Virus record (IMG/VR): IMGVR_UViG_3300031962_000001
Location: 28,915-92,914 of that record
Source of the DNA: a virus
Direction: 5' to 3' (one strand)
DNA length: 64,000 nt
The translations under genes were made by a program, and so were the position numbers. Shown in pieces: positions 27,680 through 37,336 of this stretch. Under the pieces are notes generated by a model, which ran no database searches, was not told where the DNA came from, and saw only the letters and a program-made list of their open reading frames with translations. Position 1 is the first letter of the stretch, and each line of letters begins with the position of its first letter.

Positions 27680-28405
27680 ATGGCCATCCACACTCCAGTA
27701 GATAGTCCCATCTTTGGAGGACGCGTCTGGGGCCAGTCCAAGGACCGCAAGGCCCAACGACTGGCCGCAGCCAGGAAGAACAAGGAGTTCCGGCAGGAGA
27801 AGGCGTATCGCACAAGATACAAGGGAGCCAAAAATGATGTAGAGGCTGCCAACCTTTTCCTGCTTCTTGGCATCAACTATTTCAGCACGCCGAAAGAACA
27901 GCTTGCCGCTATCGTGCGCGAGAAGTTCGAAGGAAAGAGAGCCGACGCCATCAATGTCAAAGCGATGGATTTCCTGACAGACAACTTTGATGCTCTGGTG
28001 GAGCTCAAAGATGGATTTCCACCACTGATAAGGTTCCGTCCGGCAGAGCCGGAGAAGGAAGAGGAGACACGACCCATGAAACTGTATTCCCAGCTAGCAG
28101 AACGTTCCGGTCAGACACGTAGGGTAGTCAGAGAAGTGTACGAGGCACTGGTCTTGGAGGCACGCAAGGCTCTGAGAACAGAACGCCTTTTCAAGCTGCC
28201 CGATCTAGGCAGACTGAAGATATCGTACAGACCACCGAAGGAAAAGCGGAGGGGCATCAACCCTTTCACTGGCAAGAAGCAGTGGTTCAAGTACAAACCC
28301 GCATCAAACAAACTGCGCTTCGCACCGGCGAAGGTTCTGAAAGTCTTCGTCGCCGAGAAGGTGGAGGTTGTAGCACCGAAGAAAAAGAAAAAGCACAAGA
28401 AGTAG
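27680..28405 (+). CDS. HU/IHF-family DNA-binding protein with N-terminal extension
   Basis: LPDLGRL...RRGINPFTG...LRFAPAKVLK in C-terminal half. Confidence 0.8.
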   Translation: MAIHTPVDSPIFGGRVWGQSKDRKAQRLAAARKNKEFRQEKAYRTRYKGAKNDVEAANLFLLLGINYFSTPKEQLAAIVREKFEGKRADAINVKAMDFLTDNFDALVELKDGFPPLIRFRPAEPEKEEETRPMKLYSQLAERSGQTRRVVREVYEALVLEARKALRTERLFKLPDLGRLKISYRPPKEKRRGINPFTGKKQWFKYKPASNKLRFAPAKVLKVFVAEKVEVVAPKKKKKHKK

Positions 28406-28418
28406 AAGGGAGGTTTGG

Positions 28419-29147
28419 ATGTCCTATTGTAGGCAGTGTGCAAATCCAGATCTGAAGGGTATGCACACTTGTGAAAAAAGAAGAAAGAGAGGCACGATGG
28501 AACCGCAAGTACAGGTGATCACGAGAGAAGCACGCAAAGCACTGATCCAAGAATTGCCGCGAGCGGTGCCGGAGTTCGAAGAGCCGACGCCGGAGTCTGA
28601 GAAGATAGCGAAGAAGGCCAGCAGAGTCCTTGGCTACCGAGGCTTGCTGACTTTCAACGCTGGAGGCAAACTCCAAGCCATTCTGGAGAGCCTTGAAATC
28701 GAAGTCATCGACCCGAAGGCTGTGTTCGAATATCAGTCCAAATTCGGGAGAGCGACCTACAATAAACCAGTCATCTTCGTAGAAGAGGCTATTCAAGACG
28801 ATGATGAAGATGACGAAGAAGAGGAAGATGATGACGACGAGGAGCCGGTCCGTAGCAGTCATGGACGGTACTTTTGGAATCGAGTTCCGATCAAAGAGTA
28901 CCATAAGGCTATCCCAGAGTTCGTAGTTAGCAAGGCTATCCAAGTCAAGGAAGCCCTGCCAGAAGTGCAGGTCTTCGTTGAGGAACTGCAATACGACCCT
29001 GACCCGTTCTTGGTTGTGACCTGCAAGAACGACAATTTCATTGAGCAGTATTACATCGAAGTCTGGGAGGAGCCTCAGTTCGAAGGGCGATTCCTGGGCC
29101 AGCCGACCAAGCAAGAGCGCAATCTGTCGAAGAAGCACAAAGGCTGA
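28419..29147 (+). CDS. Hypothetical protein with acidic insert (start may be 28497)
   Basis: RBS at both starts; DPDPFLVV...WEEP. Confidence 0.6.
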   Translation: MSYCRQCANPDLKGMHTCEKRRKRGTMEPQVQVITREARKALIQELPRAVPEFEEPTPESEKIAKKASRVLGYRGLLTFNAGGKLQAILESLEIEVIDPKAVFEYQSKFGRATYNKPVIFVEEAIQDDDEDDEEEEDDDDEEPVRSSHGRYFWNRVPIKEYHKAIPEFVVSKAIQVKEALPEVQVFVEELQYDPDPFLVVTCKNDNFIEQYYIEVWEEPQFEGRFLGQPTKQERNLSKKHKG

Positions 29148-29206
29148 AATTGTTCCAGACTGGAGCTCACTTGGCGCGGTAGAGGAAGGCTCCAGTCTGG
29201 GCAATA

Positions 29207-29252
29207 GGGCGGGAGTAGAAGGTATGCGGCCCCCTGCTCCCGCTCATTTTAT
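29207..29252 (+). terminator. Probable terminator, second of two tandem hairpins
   Basis: GGGCGGGAGTAG/CTGCTCCCGCTC followed by ATTTTAT. Confidence 0.5.
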
Positions 29253-29259
29253 CTCACAA

Positions 29260-29271
29260 TCGTGTTTCATA
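29260..29271 (+). promoter_or_regulatory. TCGTGTTTCATA motif
   Basis: Exact copy directly after the terminator, before RBS. Confidence 0.7.
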
Positions 29272-29289
29272 TAGGTAAGGAGGAAGAAA

Positions 29290-29529
29290 ATGGAGCTATC
29301 CGTAGGAGATGTGAAAACCATGTTCGTAGATCGTTGGAGGTCCACTCTGAAAGGAGCAAACGAGCAGACCGAAAATGTTTTGCTCCACGAAGTTTCTGAT
29401 GAACATAAGCAGAATCTTCGGGAGATCGTGATTCTTCAGAAAGAGGCTCTACTAAGACTCCAGATGCTGGAAACCGCTCTTGGGAATTTTGGAGAAGCGA
29501 TTTCAGGGCTGATGGAACTTACCGAATAG
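29290..29529 (+). CDS. Hypothetical protein
   Basis: AGGAGG RBS. Confidence 0.6.
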   Translation: MELSVGDVKTMFVDRWRSTLKGANEQTENVLLHEVSDEHKQNLREIVILQKEALLRLQMLETALGNFGEAISGLMELTE

Positions 29530-29537
29530 GAGCTAGC

Positions 29538-30392
29538 GTGGACCCACAATACGGCAAGATGAACATAATCCCCGGCATCACCGTCGTGGTGGATACTGTA
29601 ACTGGCAGGTCTGCAAGAGTCGAGAAGATTCTGCCGAGCGGCGTCCAAGTAACTGTTAGGCAGCGAGGATACGAGCTAGAAAATTGGCAATGGAGTTGGC
29701 TTACAGTCCGTCAGCCGCGTCTAGTCAAACGCTATCCACGCCCGTTCCGATTCCCAAGGGAGGAAAAGACCGAATGCTGCCATTGTAAAATTGGTAAGAT
29801 GGAGGCGCAACTTGAAAAAACGAAAGTCGAAGAAGGCTGGATCGAAACATGGATCGTCTGGTGTCTCAGATGCAAGCAACCAATCGGTACGGAAAGTTTT
29901 CCTAGACGTATCGAGAGAGCCTACGAGCTTGTACGCAAAGCTCGTAATGCAAAACCCAAACGCGAAGTTCATAAAGCAGTATCGCGACGAGCAAGGAAAG
30001 TTTCACGTCATCACAAAAGTTCCGTCAAAGCACGGAGAAAGAGTACGAGTAAACTGGGTATTCGACCCACAAGGAGCAGCAATGCGCAAGCGAGCAATCG
30101 AAAGACAGTCAGGAAGGCCAAGCTCAAAACATCTAAGGTTCCCGCGAGAAGCCGTCAAAAGATTTCCACGGCTCGCCATCAGGAGGTTTCCAAGACTCGC
30201 CAAAAAGGGGTGAAACGTGTACGACATAGCGCGAGCCCTGAAAAAGTTCCGACAACTGATAAGGTGGACATCGTGGCGAGCGTCCCGCAACCCGATACTC
30301 CGGCAGACGTTCGAGGATCTGGAAGCGGAGGGGCTTCTAACGCTAGTGAAGTGTTGTCGGGAGTTCCCGGAGGGACAGACAAGGTTCACTAG
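29538..30392 (+). CDS. Hypothetical protein (Cys pairs, RYPR/RFPR) with long overprinted tail
   Basis: AGGAG RBS; last ~445 nt overlap two downstream genes. Confidence 0.5.
   Translation: MDPQYGKMNIIPGITVVVDTVTGRSARVEKILPSGVQVTVRQRGYELENWQWSWLTVRQPRLVKRYPRPFRFPREEKTECCHCKIGKMEAQLEKTKVEEGWIETWIVWCLRCKQPIGTESFPRRIERAYELVRKARNAKPKREVHKAVSRRARKVSRHHKSSVKARRKSTSKLGIRPTRSSNAQASNRKTVRKAKLKTSKVPARSRQKISTARHQEVSKTRQKGVKRVRHSASPEKVPTTDKVDIVASVPQPDTPADVRGSGSGGASNASEVLSGVPGGTDKVH
29947..30213 (+). CDS. Small protein with three C-terminal RFPR repeats
   Basis: ATG 29947 within listed ORF 29791-30213; stops 3 nt before sigma-like gene. Confidence 0.6.
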   Translation: MQNPNAKFIKQYRDEQGKFHVITKVPSKHGERVRVNWVFDPQGAAMRKRAIERQSGRPSSKHLRFPREAVKRFPRLAIRRFPRLAKKG

Positions 30393-30813
30393 ATATTTCA
30401 AACGCTCTTGGTACAATCACCTGAAAAGATTGTACCGAGATGGCTATGCTCTGAAACGACGCGGCATTGAAGTCGAGCTAGAAAAAGCCGAAAGCATAGC
30501 GCCTGCCGAGGACGATTTCCTAGAACGGATGCAATCTCGCTATGACGAGATACAACCATTCCTTTCACAAGACGCCAGACGGCTTCTGGAGAGCTTGCTG
30601 TCTACAGAGCCGGAACCTATGGCAATAGAATATGCGTGGCGAGAGTTCTGTCGCAAGAGCAAACTACGCTCGCTAGAAATTCCAGTAACAGGTGGAAAAA
30701 AGTTCCGTGTTCGTATTCGCCACGTCCGACGTGCGCTGGGCTTGACGACCAAACGGATGCGCGAAGTAGTCAAGGAAATAAAGTCTGTAAGCAGATCACA
30801 CAGGAGGAAGTAG
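30217..30813 (+). CDS. Sigma70-like factor 1
   Basis: Region 2-like EDLEAEGLLTLVKC..F...RFTRY..RSWYN; C-terminal HTH-like segment. Confidence 0.6.
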   Translation: MYDIARALKKFRQLIRWTSWRASRNPILRQTFEDLEAEGLLTLVKCCREFPEGQTRFTRYFKRSWYNHLKRLYRDGYALKRRGIEVELEKAESIAPAEDDFLERMQSRYDEIQPFLSQDARRLLESLLSTEPEPMAIEYAWREFCRKSKLRSLEIPVTGGKKFRVRIRHVRRALGLTTKRMREVVKEIKSVSRSHRRK

Positions 30814-32163
30814 ATGGCTAAGAAGAAAACAGGCAAGAAAAAGAGCAGAAAGGGCAAGAAGGGCAAGTCGCGTGACGAGGAAGAAGATGAGGACGAAGAG
30901 GAGGTAGACGAGTCAGACGAGGAAGAGTCTGACGATGAGGAAGAGGACGACGAAGACGACAAGCCATCCAAAAAGAAGAAGCACAAAAAGTCCTCTGACG
31001 AAGATGAAGAGGACGAAGAAGAGTCTGAGGATGAGGAAGAGTCCAGCGACGATGAGGAAGAGGACTCTGACGACGATGAGGAAGAAGACGAGGACGAGGA
31101 ACCTAAGAAAAAGAAGAAACACAAAAAGTCCTCTGACGAAGATGAAGATGAAGATGAAGAGGACGAAGAAGAGTCCGATGACGAGGAAGATGAAGACGAG
31201 GATGACGAGCCCAAGAAGAAAAAGAAAAAGGGCAAGAAATCCTCAGACGACGATGACGACGAGGAAGACGAAGACGAGTCCGAGGACGAGGAAGATGAGG
31301 AAGAGTCCGAGGACGACGATGACGATGATGATGACGAACCTCCCAAGAAAAAGAAAAAGTCCAAGAAGTCAGAAGATGACGACGAGGACGAGGAAGAGGA
31401 GGAAGACGAGGACGAGGAAGAGTCTGACGATGATGATGATGAGGAAGAGGATGACGATGAGGAGGACTCCGCAAAGGGGTCCTCTTCCAAGCTCGTCCAG
31501 ATCGATCCAAATAAGTATCAGCCCAAACAACCAAAAACCCCGATCCCTCCGGGCATAGAAGATTGCTTCGGCAAGTATTATGGGCCTCTGTCGGGAGAAC
31601 CTGACGCCCCAGAGTGCAAGCGTTGCGTCGAAGCGAAGAACTGTGCGGCTGTAATGAAAGCCAACAGAGAAGACGAAGAAAAGGAAGGTAAAAAGAAGAT
31701 GAAAAAGCACGGGAAGAAGCGGCACGCAAGAGAGGAAGAGGAAGAAGAGGTGAAGGTGTCCAAGAAAAAGAAGGGCAAGAAGCACCGTCGCGAGGAAGAA
31801 GAGGAAGAGGAAGAAAAGAAGTCCTCGAAGAAGGTGAAGGGCCTTGCTCCGGCTGTCAAGTCGATCTTGGACAAGTCCAAATACAAGAAGTACGATGGCG
31901 ATCTGGTCAAGAGCGCGGAGAACAAGTACGTCGTCAAAATTCACGATGTGAAAGCTGTCCGTATCACACGGGCGAATCGCGAAGATGGTGCTCAGTTCCG
32001 TCTGCTTTGCAAAAAGGAGCCGAAGAAATATGGACTGCGCTCTAGCGACTGGAAGAAGGCTGGCGCCGGTAAGTACGACTTCCAGGGAGAGCAGAAGGCT
32101 CTTCCGAAGAAGCTGCGTATTTTCTTCAAGAAGTTTGCGGCCGAGCACAAGGAAGCAGCGTAG
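30814..32163 (+). CDS. Acidic/basic block low-complexity protein with central Cys4 motif
   Basis: Alternating D/E and K blocks; CFG...CKRC...C; AGGAGG RBS; own terminator. Confidence 0.85.
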   Translation: MAKKKTGKKKSRKGKKGKSRDEEEDEDEEEVDESDEEESDDEEEDDEDDKPSKKKKHKKSSDEDEEDEEESEDEEESSDDEEEDSDDDEEEDEDEEPKKKKKHKKSSDEDEDEDEEDEEESDDEEDEDEDDEPKKKKKKGKKSSDDDDDEEDEDESEDEEDEEESEDDDDDDDDEPPKKKKKSKKSEDDDEDEEEEEDEDEEESDDDDDEEEDDDEEDSAKGSSSKLVQIDPNKYQPKQPKTPIPPGIEDCFGKYYGPLSGEPDAPECKRCVEAKNCAAVMKANREDEEKEGKKKMKKHGKKRHAREEEEEEVKVSKKKKGKKHRREEEEEEEEKKSSKKVKGLAPAVKSILDKSKYKKYDGDLVKSAENKYVVKIHDVKAVRITRANREDGAQFRLLCKKEPKKYGLRSSDWKKAGAGKYDFQGEQKALPKKLRIFFKKFAAEHKEAA

Positions 32164-32186
32164 CAGTTCCACAACAACTCTAACTG

Positions 32187-32221
32187 GAGGGGCCTTTCAC
32201 CGTGAGGCCCCTCTTTCTTTT
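32187..32221 (+). terminator. Intrinsic terminator
   Basis: GAGGGGCCT/AGGCCCCTC followed by T-rich tail. Confidence 0.75.
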
Positions 32222-32229
32222 GAGGCGAA

Positions 32230-33537
32230 ATGAAAAAGATAGCAGTGGTGATGTTCGACGCTGGGCACATAGGAGGAGTTCTGCCATACAATCTGGATCT
32301 GACCTATGGTCTGAGAGAAGCTGGCTACGAAGCAGACCTGATATTCGCTGTTCCCAAGGAGCAGCCTGACAAGGCGCATGGAGCAAAGGCTGGTTTGGGG
32401 CTGCGCATACATATATCGAAGTCTGGAGGAAGGCTGTTCTCAGAAAATGCTATCCCGTATATCGGGAAGAAAAATTCTGGTGAGCTCAAGGAAAAGCTCC
32501 AAGAATACGACGGCGTAGTCCTGTCCAAGGTTCCCAGTTGGAAAAGAGGTCACAACGATGACCAGGATTGGTTGAAGGCTTTACAGCATGGCAAGCCTAT
32601 GGTGTGTATCGTGCATGACACGCTATGGCTGCGTTCCTACCCGTGGATACTTTCGCTGCGGGACAAAATCACATACTATGTCGCTGTACATCCGGCGGCA
32701 TTTTCAATGGCGAAGCTGATTCCTGGTAGAATTTGCTGTATCGTGAATCCATTTGACATTTCTAAGTCTCAGAAGACCTACGAAAAGGACTGGAACGCGC
32801 TGGCTTCTACAGCGTTCTTCAGACAGTGGAAACATAACGAGGATGGCATTAGGGCAGTCCCATACATGAAACCTGTCCATCTCTTTCAGACTGGAGCAGG
32901 TATAGAACTGAGCTATATGAGGGCCGAACTGAAAAGCAAAGATAAATACAGTGGTAGTTCCTACGCTAACTATCGCAAGAAGATAATGCAGTATCGTTGG
33001 AAGAAAAGCGACTACTCTTACAGAGAGAAGTGGGATGGTAAGAGAATATTCGATGTCGCAAAGAAGACTGGGCGATTCCATTATATGGGTGTCGTGCCTC
33101 CAGAGGAACTGTACAATCTCAAAGCTGGATGCGGTGGCTCTGTAGATTGGTCCTATCATTCGTGGGGAGAATATTTCAACAGAGTTACAGTAGAGGCTAT
33201 GATCTACCACTGTTTGCCATTTGCCAGACCGACAGGTATAGCAGGCAACGAAACGGGGGAAGGGCTGGTCTTTGGACCTGAAAATGTAGTCCTTATCAGA
33301 GAAGGCTTGTCTCCAAAGAAAACTGGCGAGTTGATCGTAAGCTCTATGCATGACAAGGCGCTTAGGAAGGAAATGATTACTAGGAATCTGAAGAAGATCG
33401 AGATGTTTGACAGGAAAGTGGTGGCGGAACAGATTGTGAGAGCTTTGAAAGGGAAGGAAAAAGTTGGACTGCTGGAGACGATGACGGGAAAATCTAATAA
33501 AAAAGTCAGAAGCTATATGGAGGACTTCGGAGAATGA
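32230..33537 (+). CDS. GT-B glycosyltransferase 1 (putative DNA-modifying)
   Basis: N-terminal GG, VHD, WKH, E-x7-E (EYFNRVTVE). Confidence 0.7.
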   Translation: MKKIAVVMFDAGHIGGVLPYNLDLTYGLREAGYEADLIFAVPKEQPDKAHGAKAGLGLRIHISKSGGRLFSENAIPYIGKKNSGELKEKLQEYDGVVLSKVPSWKRGHNDDQDWLKALQHGKPMVCIVHDTLWLRSYPWILSLRDKITYYVAVHPAAFSMAKLIPGRICCIVNPFDISKSQKTYEKDWNALASTAFFRQWKHNEDGIRAVPYMKPVHLFQTGAGIELSYMRAELKSKDKYSGSSYANYRKKIMQYRWKKSDYSYREKWDGKRIFDVAKKTGRFHYMGVVPPEELYNLKAGCGGSVDWSYHSWGEYFNRVTVEAMIYHCLPFARPTGIAGNETGEGLVFGPENVVLIREGLSPKKTGELIVSSMHDKALRKEMITRNLKKIEMFDRKVVAEQIVRALKGKEKVGLLETMTGKSNKKVRSYMEDFGE

Positions 33538-34925
33538 AAAGAATCGCCGTCCTCCTGTTCGAAGTGTTCAACAACCTCGGCGGCATCCTACCGTCTACAT
33601 ACCATACCTGCAAAGGTCTGGAAGAGGCAGGTTACGAACCGTTCATATTCCATGCGGAATGGAAAGACCGGAAATACGACCGGCCAGAAGGCAGCTATAA
33701 AAACGTGGGGTTTGGACTACGCACTAGCACGAGCAAGGGACTAGAGCGTATACGCATGTTTGCCAGCCCTAAGCATACTTTCCTGTACCGTGGGCGATCG
33801 TGCGCCAGGGACCTCCGGGACGCCCTTAGCGAGTATGATGGCGTTATACTTAGCAGTTCCATACCGTCTATTGCGGCAAAGAAGATGGGTGGCAACAACG
33901 ACTGGAAAATAGTGCTTCAGCACGGCAAGCCGATGATAGGCATGGTGAGAGACTGTCACTGGAGCCGTCTGTCGCCACACATATTTCCATACAGACATCT
34001 GTTTCAGGCTTTCGTGGGAGTACACCCAGCCGCGTTCAACTCGCTGAAAAACATGCCATGGAAAATTGCCTGTCAGCCGAATCCGCATGACACTTCCCTG
34101 TATGGTAGGGAATACGAAAAGAACTGGGAGGAAGTCTGCATCACGTCGTGGTTCAAACAGTGGAAGCATATCGACGATGCTCTCAGAGCAGTACCGTATA
34201 TGAAGCCAATCCGTTTGCGGATAGCTGGTGGTGGCATCGAGCATTCCTATATGGAAGCTGCTAAGAAGAATCCAGATAGGCCGCGTGAGGATTTCAACTT
34301 GGAATCGACGTACCGTTCTTGGCAAAACAAAATGAGATTCTATTCGTGGAAGGAAAACGACAAGAGCGTCAGGGACAAGTGGATTGGTAAAAGTATCTGG
34401 GAAGTAGCGGAGCGCTCCGGAAATTTTACGTACGAAGGATTCCTGTTGCAAGGCAGACAGCTTGACGATCTTCAATCGGAATGTGGAGGCCTGTTTGATC
34501 CTTCCTACCATTACGACTGGGGAGAGCATTTCAATCGCACGATGATAGAGGCCATCCTGCATCATAGCATTCCGTTCATGAGGCCATATGGCATCTCAGA
34601 CAACGCGGAAGGCCAAGGCAAGATATTTGGACCTGACAATGCTGTCATGATTCCTGAGACGGCTTCTCCAAAAAGGATAGGCGAGATAATCCGCTCGTCG
34701 ATGAACGATAGAAAACTTAAGAGAGACCTGAAGGCGGCGAACGCTGAGAAGGTTCAAATGTTCAACAGGACGTATGTGGCTAGACAGTATATAAAATTAT
34801 TGGAGGGAAAGGAGGCAGGTCTGTTCGGCATACAGGAGGGAAAGCTCGATGAGAAGACACTGTTCAGGCTGAATAAGCTAGGTCTCATCAGGAGGTTCCC
34901 CAGAACATTCAGATTCCCGAGGTGA
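33534..34925 (+). CDS. GT-B glycosyltransferase 2, paralog of preceding gene
   Basis: Shared LQHGKPM, VHPAAF, QWKH, RAVPYMKP; EHFNRTMIE. Confidence 0.7.
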   Translation: MKRIAVLLFEVFNNLGGILPSTYHTCKGLEEAGYEPFIFHAEWKDRKYDRPEGSYKNVGFGLRTSTSKGLERIRMFASPKHTFLYRGRSCARDLRDALSEYDGVILSSSIPSIAAKKMGGNNDWKIVLQHGKPMIGMVRDCHWSRLSPHIFPYRHLFQAFVGVHPAAFNSLKNMPWKIACQPNPHDTSLYGREYEKNWEEVCITSWFKQWKHIDDALRAVPYMKPIRLRIAGGGIEHSYMEAAKKNPDRPREDFNLESTYRSWQNKMRFYSWKENDKSVRDKWIGKSIWEVAERSGNFTYEGFLLQGRQLDDLQSECGGLFDPSYHYDWGEHFNRTMIEAILHHSIPFMRPYGISDNAEGQGKIFGPDNAVMIPETASPKRIGEIIRSSMNDRKLKRDLKAANAEKVQMFNRTYVARQYIKLLEGKEAGLFGIQEGKLDEKTLFRLNKLGLIRRFPRTFRFPR

Positions 34926-34931
34926 AAACAG

Positions 34932-35303
34932 ATGTCTGAAAGAGATCGCGGCGCGTTCGTTGAAATGGAAGAACCCTGCGTCGATTGCAAGCAGATGTGG
35001 GGAATGTACGAAAGCGAAATCAGGTTCTTCGAGAATCTGATCAAGACAGAAGGCTACACAATGCCGAAACGCTGCCCGGCGTGCAGAAAGAAAAAGAAAG
35101 CTGCGAAGGAACAGAAAGTCTCGCTGCACTCTGTGCTCGATAATCTGCGTAGGATAGCAAAAGCCGCGAGAGAAGGAGCCTACACTTTCCACGACGACGT
35201 ACTTGCCGATGAAGTCACAGAAGTCGCCGACGAGCTCCAGATCCTTGTGAAGAATAGCCGGAAGAAAGAGCTAAATGAGCAGCCGACCGAAAGTGTATCG
35301 TGA
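34932..35303 (+). CDS. Zinc-ribbon protein
   Basis: CVDC...E..FF...PKRCPACR. Confidence 0.65.
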   Translation: MSERDRGAFVEMEEPCVDCKQMWGMYESEIRFFENLIKTEGYTMPKRCPACRKKKKAAKEQKVSLHSVLDNLRRIAKAAREGAYTFHDDVLADEVTEVADELQILVKNSRKKELNEQPTESVS

Positions 35304-36228
35304 CGTACCGAAGGTCGAAGTCTACCAGCCTAACTTGGAAGAATTTTTCAGGTTCATGCACGAAAGGCACATGATCTATGTGCGCCGTTTTGTGAAGAAG
35401 CTCCCTCCACCTTGGACGGATAATCCTATTCTTAGAGATTATAAATTCACCAACGTCTATAGAGAGTTAGACAGAGGGACGATTTGGTACAAGGAGCATG
35501 TCGTACCCAAAGCGAAAACGCTGAAAGGGATTTTATGGTTCACCGTGATGTACCGTCTGCTGAACAGGGTGGAAACCTTCGAAAAAGTTGGACTCGTATC
35601 GTACAGGCGATGGCCAAGCTCAAGAGAAAAGTGGTTCGTATCGCTGAAGAACTTGCACAAGAGGACTTCCATATTCACGAACGCGCACTTGACGCTGCCG
35701 TCAAAAACTTTGGGGCAATCAAAGATAGAAAGATATATCTCGGTGTTAGACGAGCTCCATGTCGAGCTTGGAAGGATCTCTTCAGAAGTGAGACGAGCCA
35801 AAAGCCTCGAAGAAGTCTTCAACATCCTCAAGCAGATACCGTGCGTGGGAAATTTCATAAGCTACGAGGTATGCTGCGACCTGATGCTAGCCGGAGCGAT
35901 CTCATTTACAGAAAACGACTGGGTGAACCCCGGCCCGGGATGCAAGACGGGGCTGCGGTTGATATTTCCGCTCACGAAAACGACTGAAGGATTTCAGGAC
36001 AGAATCAAACAGCTACAACGAGATCAGAATTCATACTTCAGCGCTCTTGGCCTGCGCTTTCCATTTCTATACCAAGGAAAAAAGATGACTCTGAGGAGCA
36101 TCGAGCACAGTCTCTGTGAATATTCCAAATTCAAAAAAATGATAACTGGCATCGGCAAGATCAGAATGCGCTTCAATCCGATGACAGGCATAGACAACGG
36201 GCAGTTGGTGTTCAGGTTTCCGCGCTAG
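35275..36228 (+). CDS. aGPT-Pplase1 / 5-hmdU DNA kinase helical-domain protein
   Basis: ERH.IY.RR...PPPWTDNPIL..YKFTNVYRELD.GT; GPG; IEHSLCEYSK. Confidence 0.85.
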   Translation: MSSRPKVYRDVPKVEVYQPNLEEFFRFMHERHMIYVRRFVKKLPPPWTDNPILRDYKFTNVYRELDRGTIWYKEHVVPKAKTLKGILWFTVMYRLLNRVETFEKVGLVSYRRWPSSREKWFVSLKNLHKRTSIFTNAHLTLPSKTLGQSKIERYISVLDELHVELGRISSEVRRAKSLEEVFNILKQIPCVGNFISYEVCCDLMLAGAISFTENDWVNPGPGCKTGLRLIFPLTKTTEGFQDRIKQLQRDQNSYFSALGLRFPFLYQGKKMTLRSIEHSLCEYSKFKKMITGIGKIRMRFNPMTGIDNGQLVFRFPR

Positions 36229-36240
36229 TCGTGTTTCATA
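36229..36240 (+). promoter_or_regulatory. TCGTGTTTCATA motif
   Basis: Exact copy before RBS. Confidence 0.7.
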
Positions 36241-36255
36241 TAAGTAAGGAGAACT

Positions 36256-37335
36256 ATGAAAGTTTACAGTGGGGCTGGACTCGGTGACATTTATTTTGCA
36301 CTCATACGCGACATCACAGAATTTGGCAGAAAGATAACGACGCGAGGCCAGACTTGCTTGGAGTTGCCAGAACCGGTCTGCCTCGAGTATCATCGCCCCG
36401 GCGCGTGCTGGATGCGCATTCCGGGTCGCAAATTCAATCCATTCTTCGCGCTAGCAGAAGTGGTCTGGATACTTTCTGGCAACGGGAACGTCGAATGGAT
36501 TTCCTACTTCAACAAGCAGATGAGAGAATACGCTGATGAAGGCAAGGAGGACTTCCATGGGTCCTATGGTCTTCGAATTAGAAAGTGGCCGTCTGCTGTA
36601 GGCAATGTCACCGGAATAAGCGTGGACCAGATTCTGTGCGTCGTCAACAAGCTGAAAAAGGATTCGTTCTCAAGACAAGCCGTCATCAGCCTATGGGACC
36701 CAGAACTAGACAATGTCGTAGCCTCTAAAGACTATCCTTGCAACAACATTGTCTACTATTCATTGCGAAATGAAATCCTAGAACAGACGGTCGTGATTCG
36801 TAGCAACGACGCAATCTGGGGAACTCCGGTCAATGCAATCCAGTTTACACATCTGCACGCGCTCGTGGCAGGCATGCTCGGCGTAGCGATGGGGAAATTG
36901 ACATACGTAATCCAGAACATGCACTACTATCTGGACCTCTACAAACCGACGCTGTCTAATGTAATCGAAAAAGCCTACGAGAGCCGGATACAGGCGGAAA
37001 TGATTTCGTCATTCGACACTGTGGACGAATACGAATTCGAAGAGTGTCGAATGGCGGTCGGTGCGATATTGGCTGCCAAGAACAAGGGAATGATAGCTTC
37101 ATTGGCGGCAGAAAGAGTTGGCTACTGGGGACACGTCATTCCACGGATGGTCCTCATCTATACGGCAATCAAAGAGGACACTGTCAAGACAGAACGCATG
37201 ACGGAAATGGTGATAGATTCCATATCTAGTCTCGGCCAGCCACTCGTAGACCTGATCGTGGACTTCTACAAGGACAGCAAGATACCGAGCGCTCAAAAAG
37301 TTTTGCAGCTACTTCAAGAACGCATGGAGGCATGA
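36256..37335 (+). CDS. Thymidylate-synthase-fold dUMP hydroxymethylase (putative)
   Basis: NPFF..AE..W, YG.R, SRQA, DYPCN, RSND..WG..VN (Asn is the dUMP-type residue). Confidence 0.8.
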   Translation: MKVYSGAGLGDIYFALIRDITEFGRKITTRGQTCLELPEPVCLEYHRPGACWMRIPGRKFNPFFALAEVVWILSGNGNVEWISYFNKQMREYADEGKEDFHGSYGLRIRKWPSAVGNVTGISVDQILCVVNKLKKDSFSRQAVISLWDPELDNVVASKDYPCNNIVYYSLRNEILEQTVVIRSNDAIWGTPVNAIQFTHLHALVAGMLGVAMGKLTYVIQNMHYYLDLYKPTLSNVIEKAYESRIQAEMISSFDTVDEYEFEECRMAVGAILAAKNKGMIASLAAERVGYWGHVIPRMVLIYTAIKEDTVKTERMTEMVIDSISSLGQPLVDLIVDFYKDSKIPSAQKVLQLLQERMEA

Positions 37336-37336
37336 A

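Noticed and set aside
30540-32172. Long minus-strand poly-Ser/Phe/Leu ORFs and alternate-frame ORF 30935-31558
   Set aside because: Shadows of the GAR/GAY/AAR-rich block gene; no RBS or domain
34893-36228. RFPR as a simple protease cut site after F-P-R
   Set aside because: Four copies lie directly before the stop codon, where cleavage would remove nothing; binding fits better, though a decoy role is not excluded
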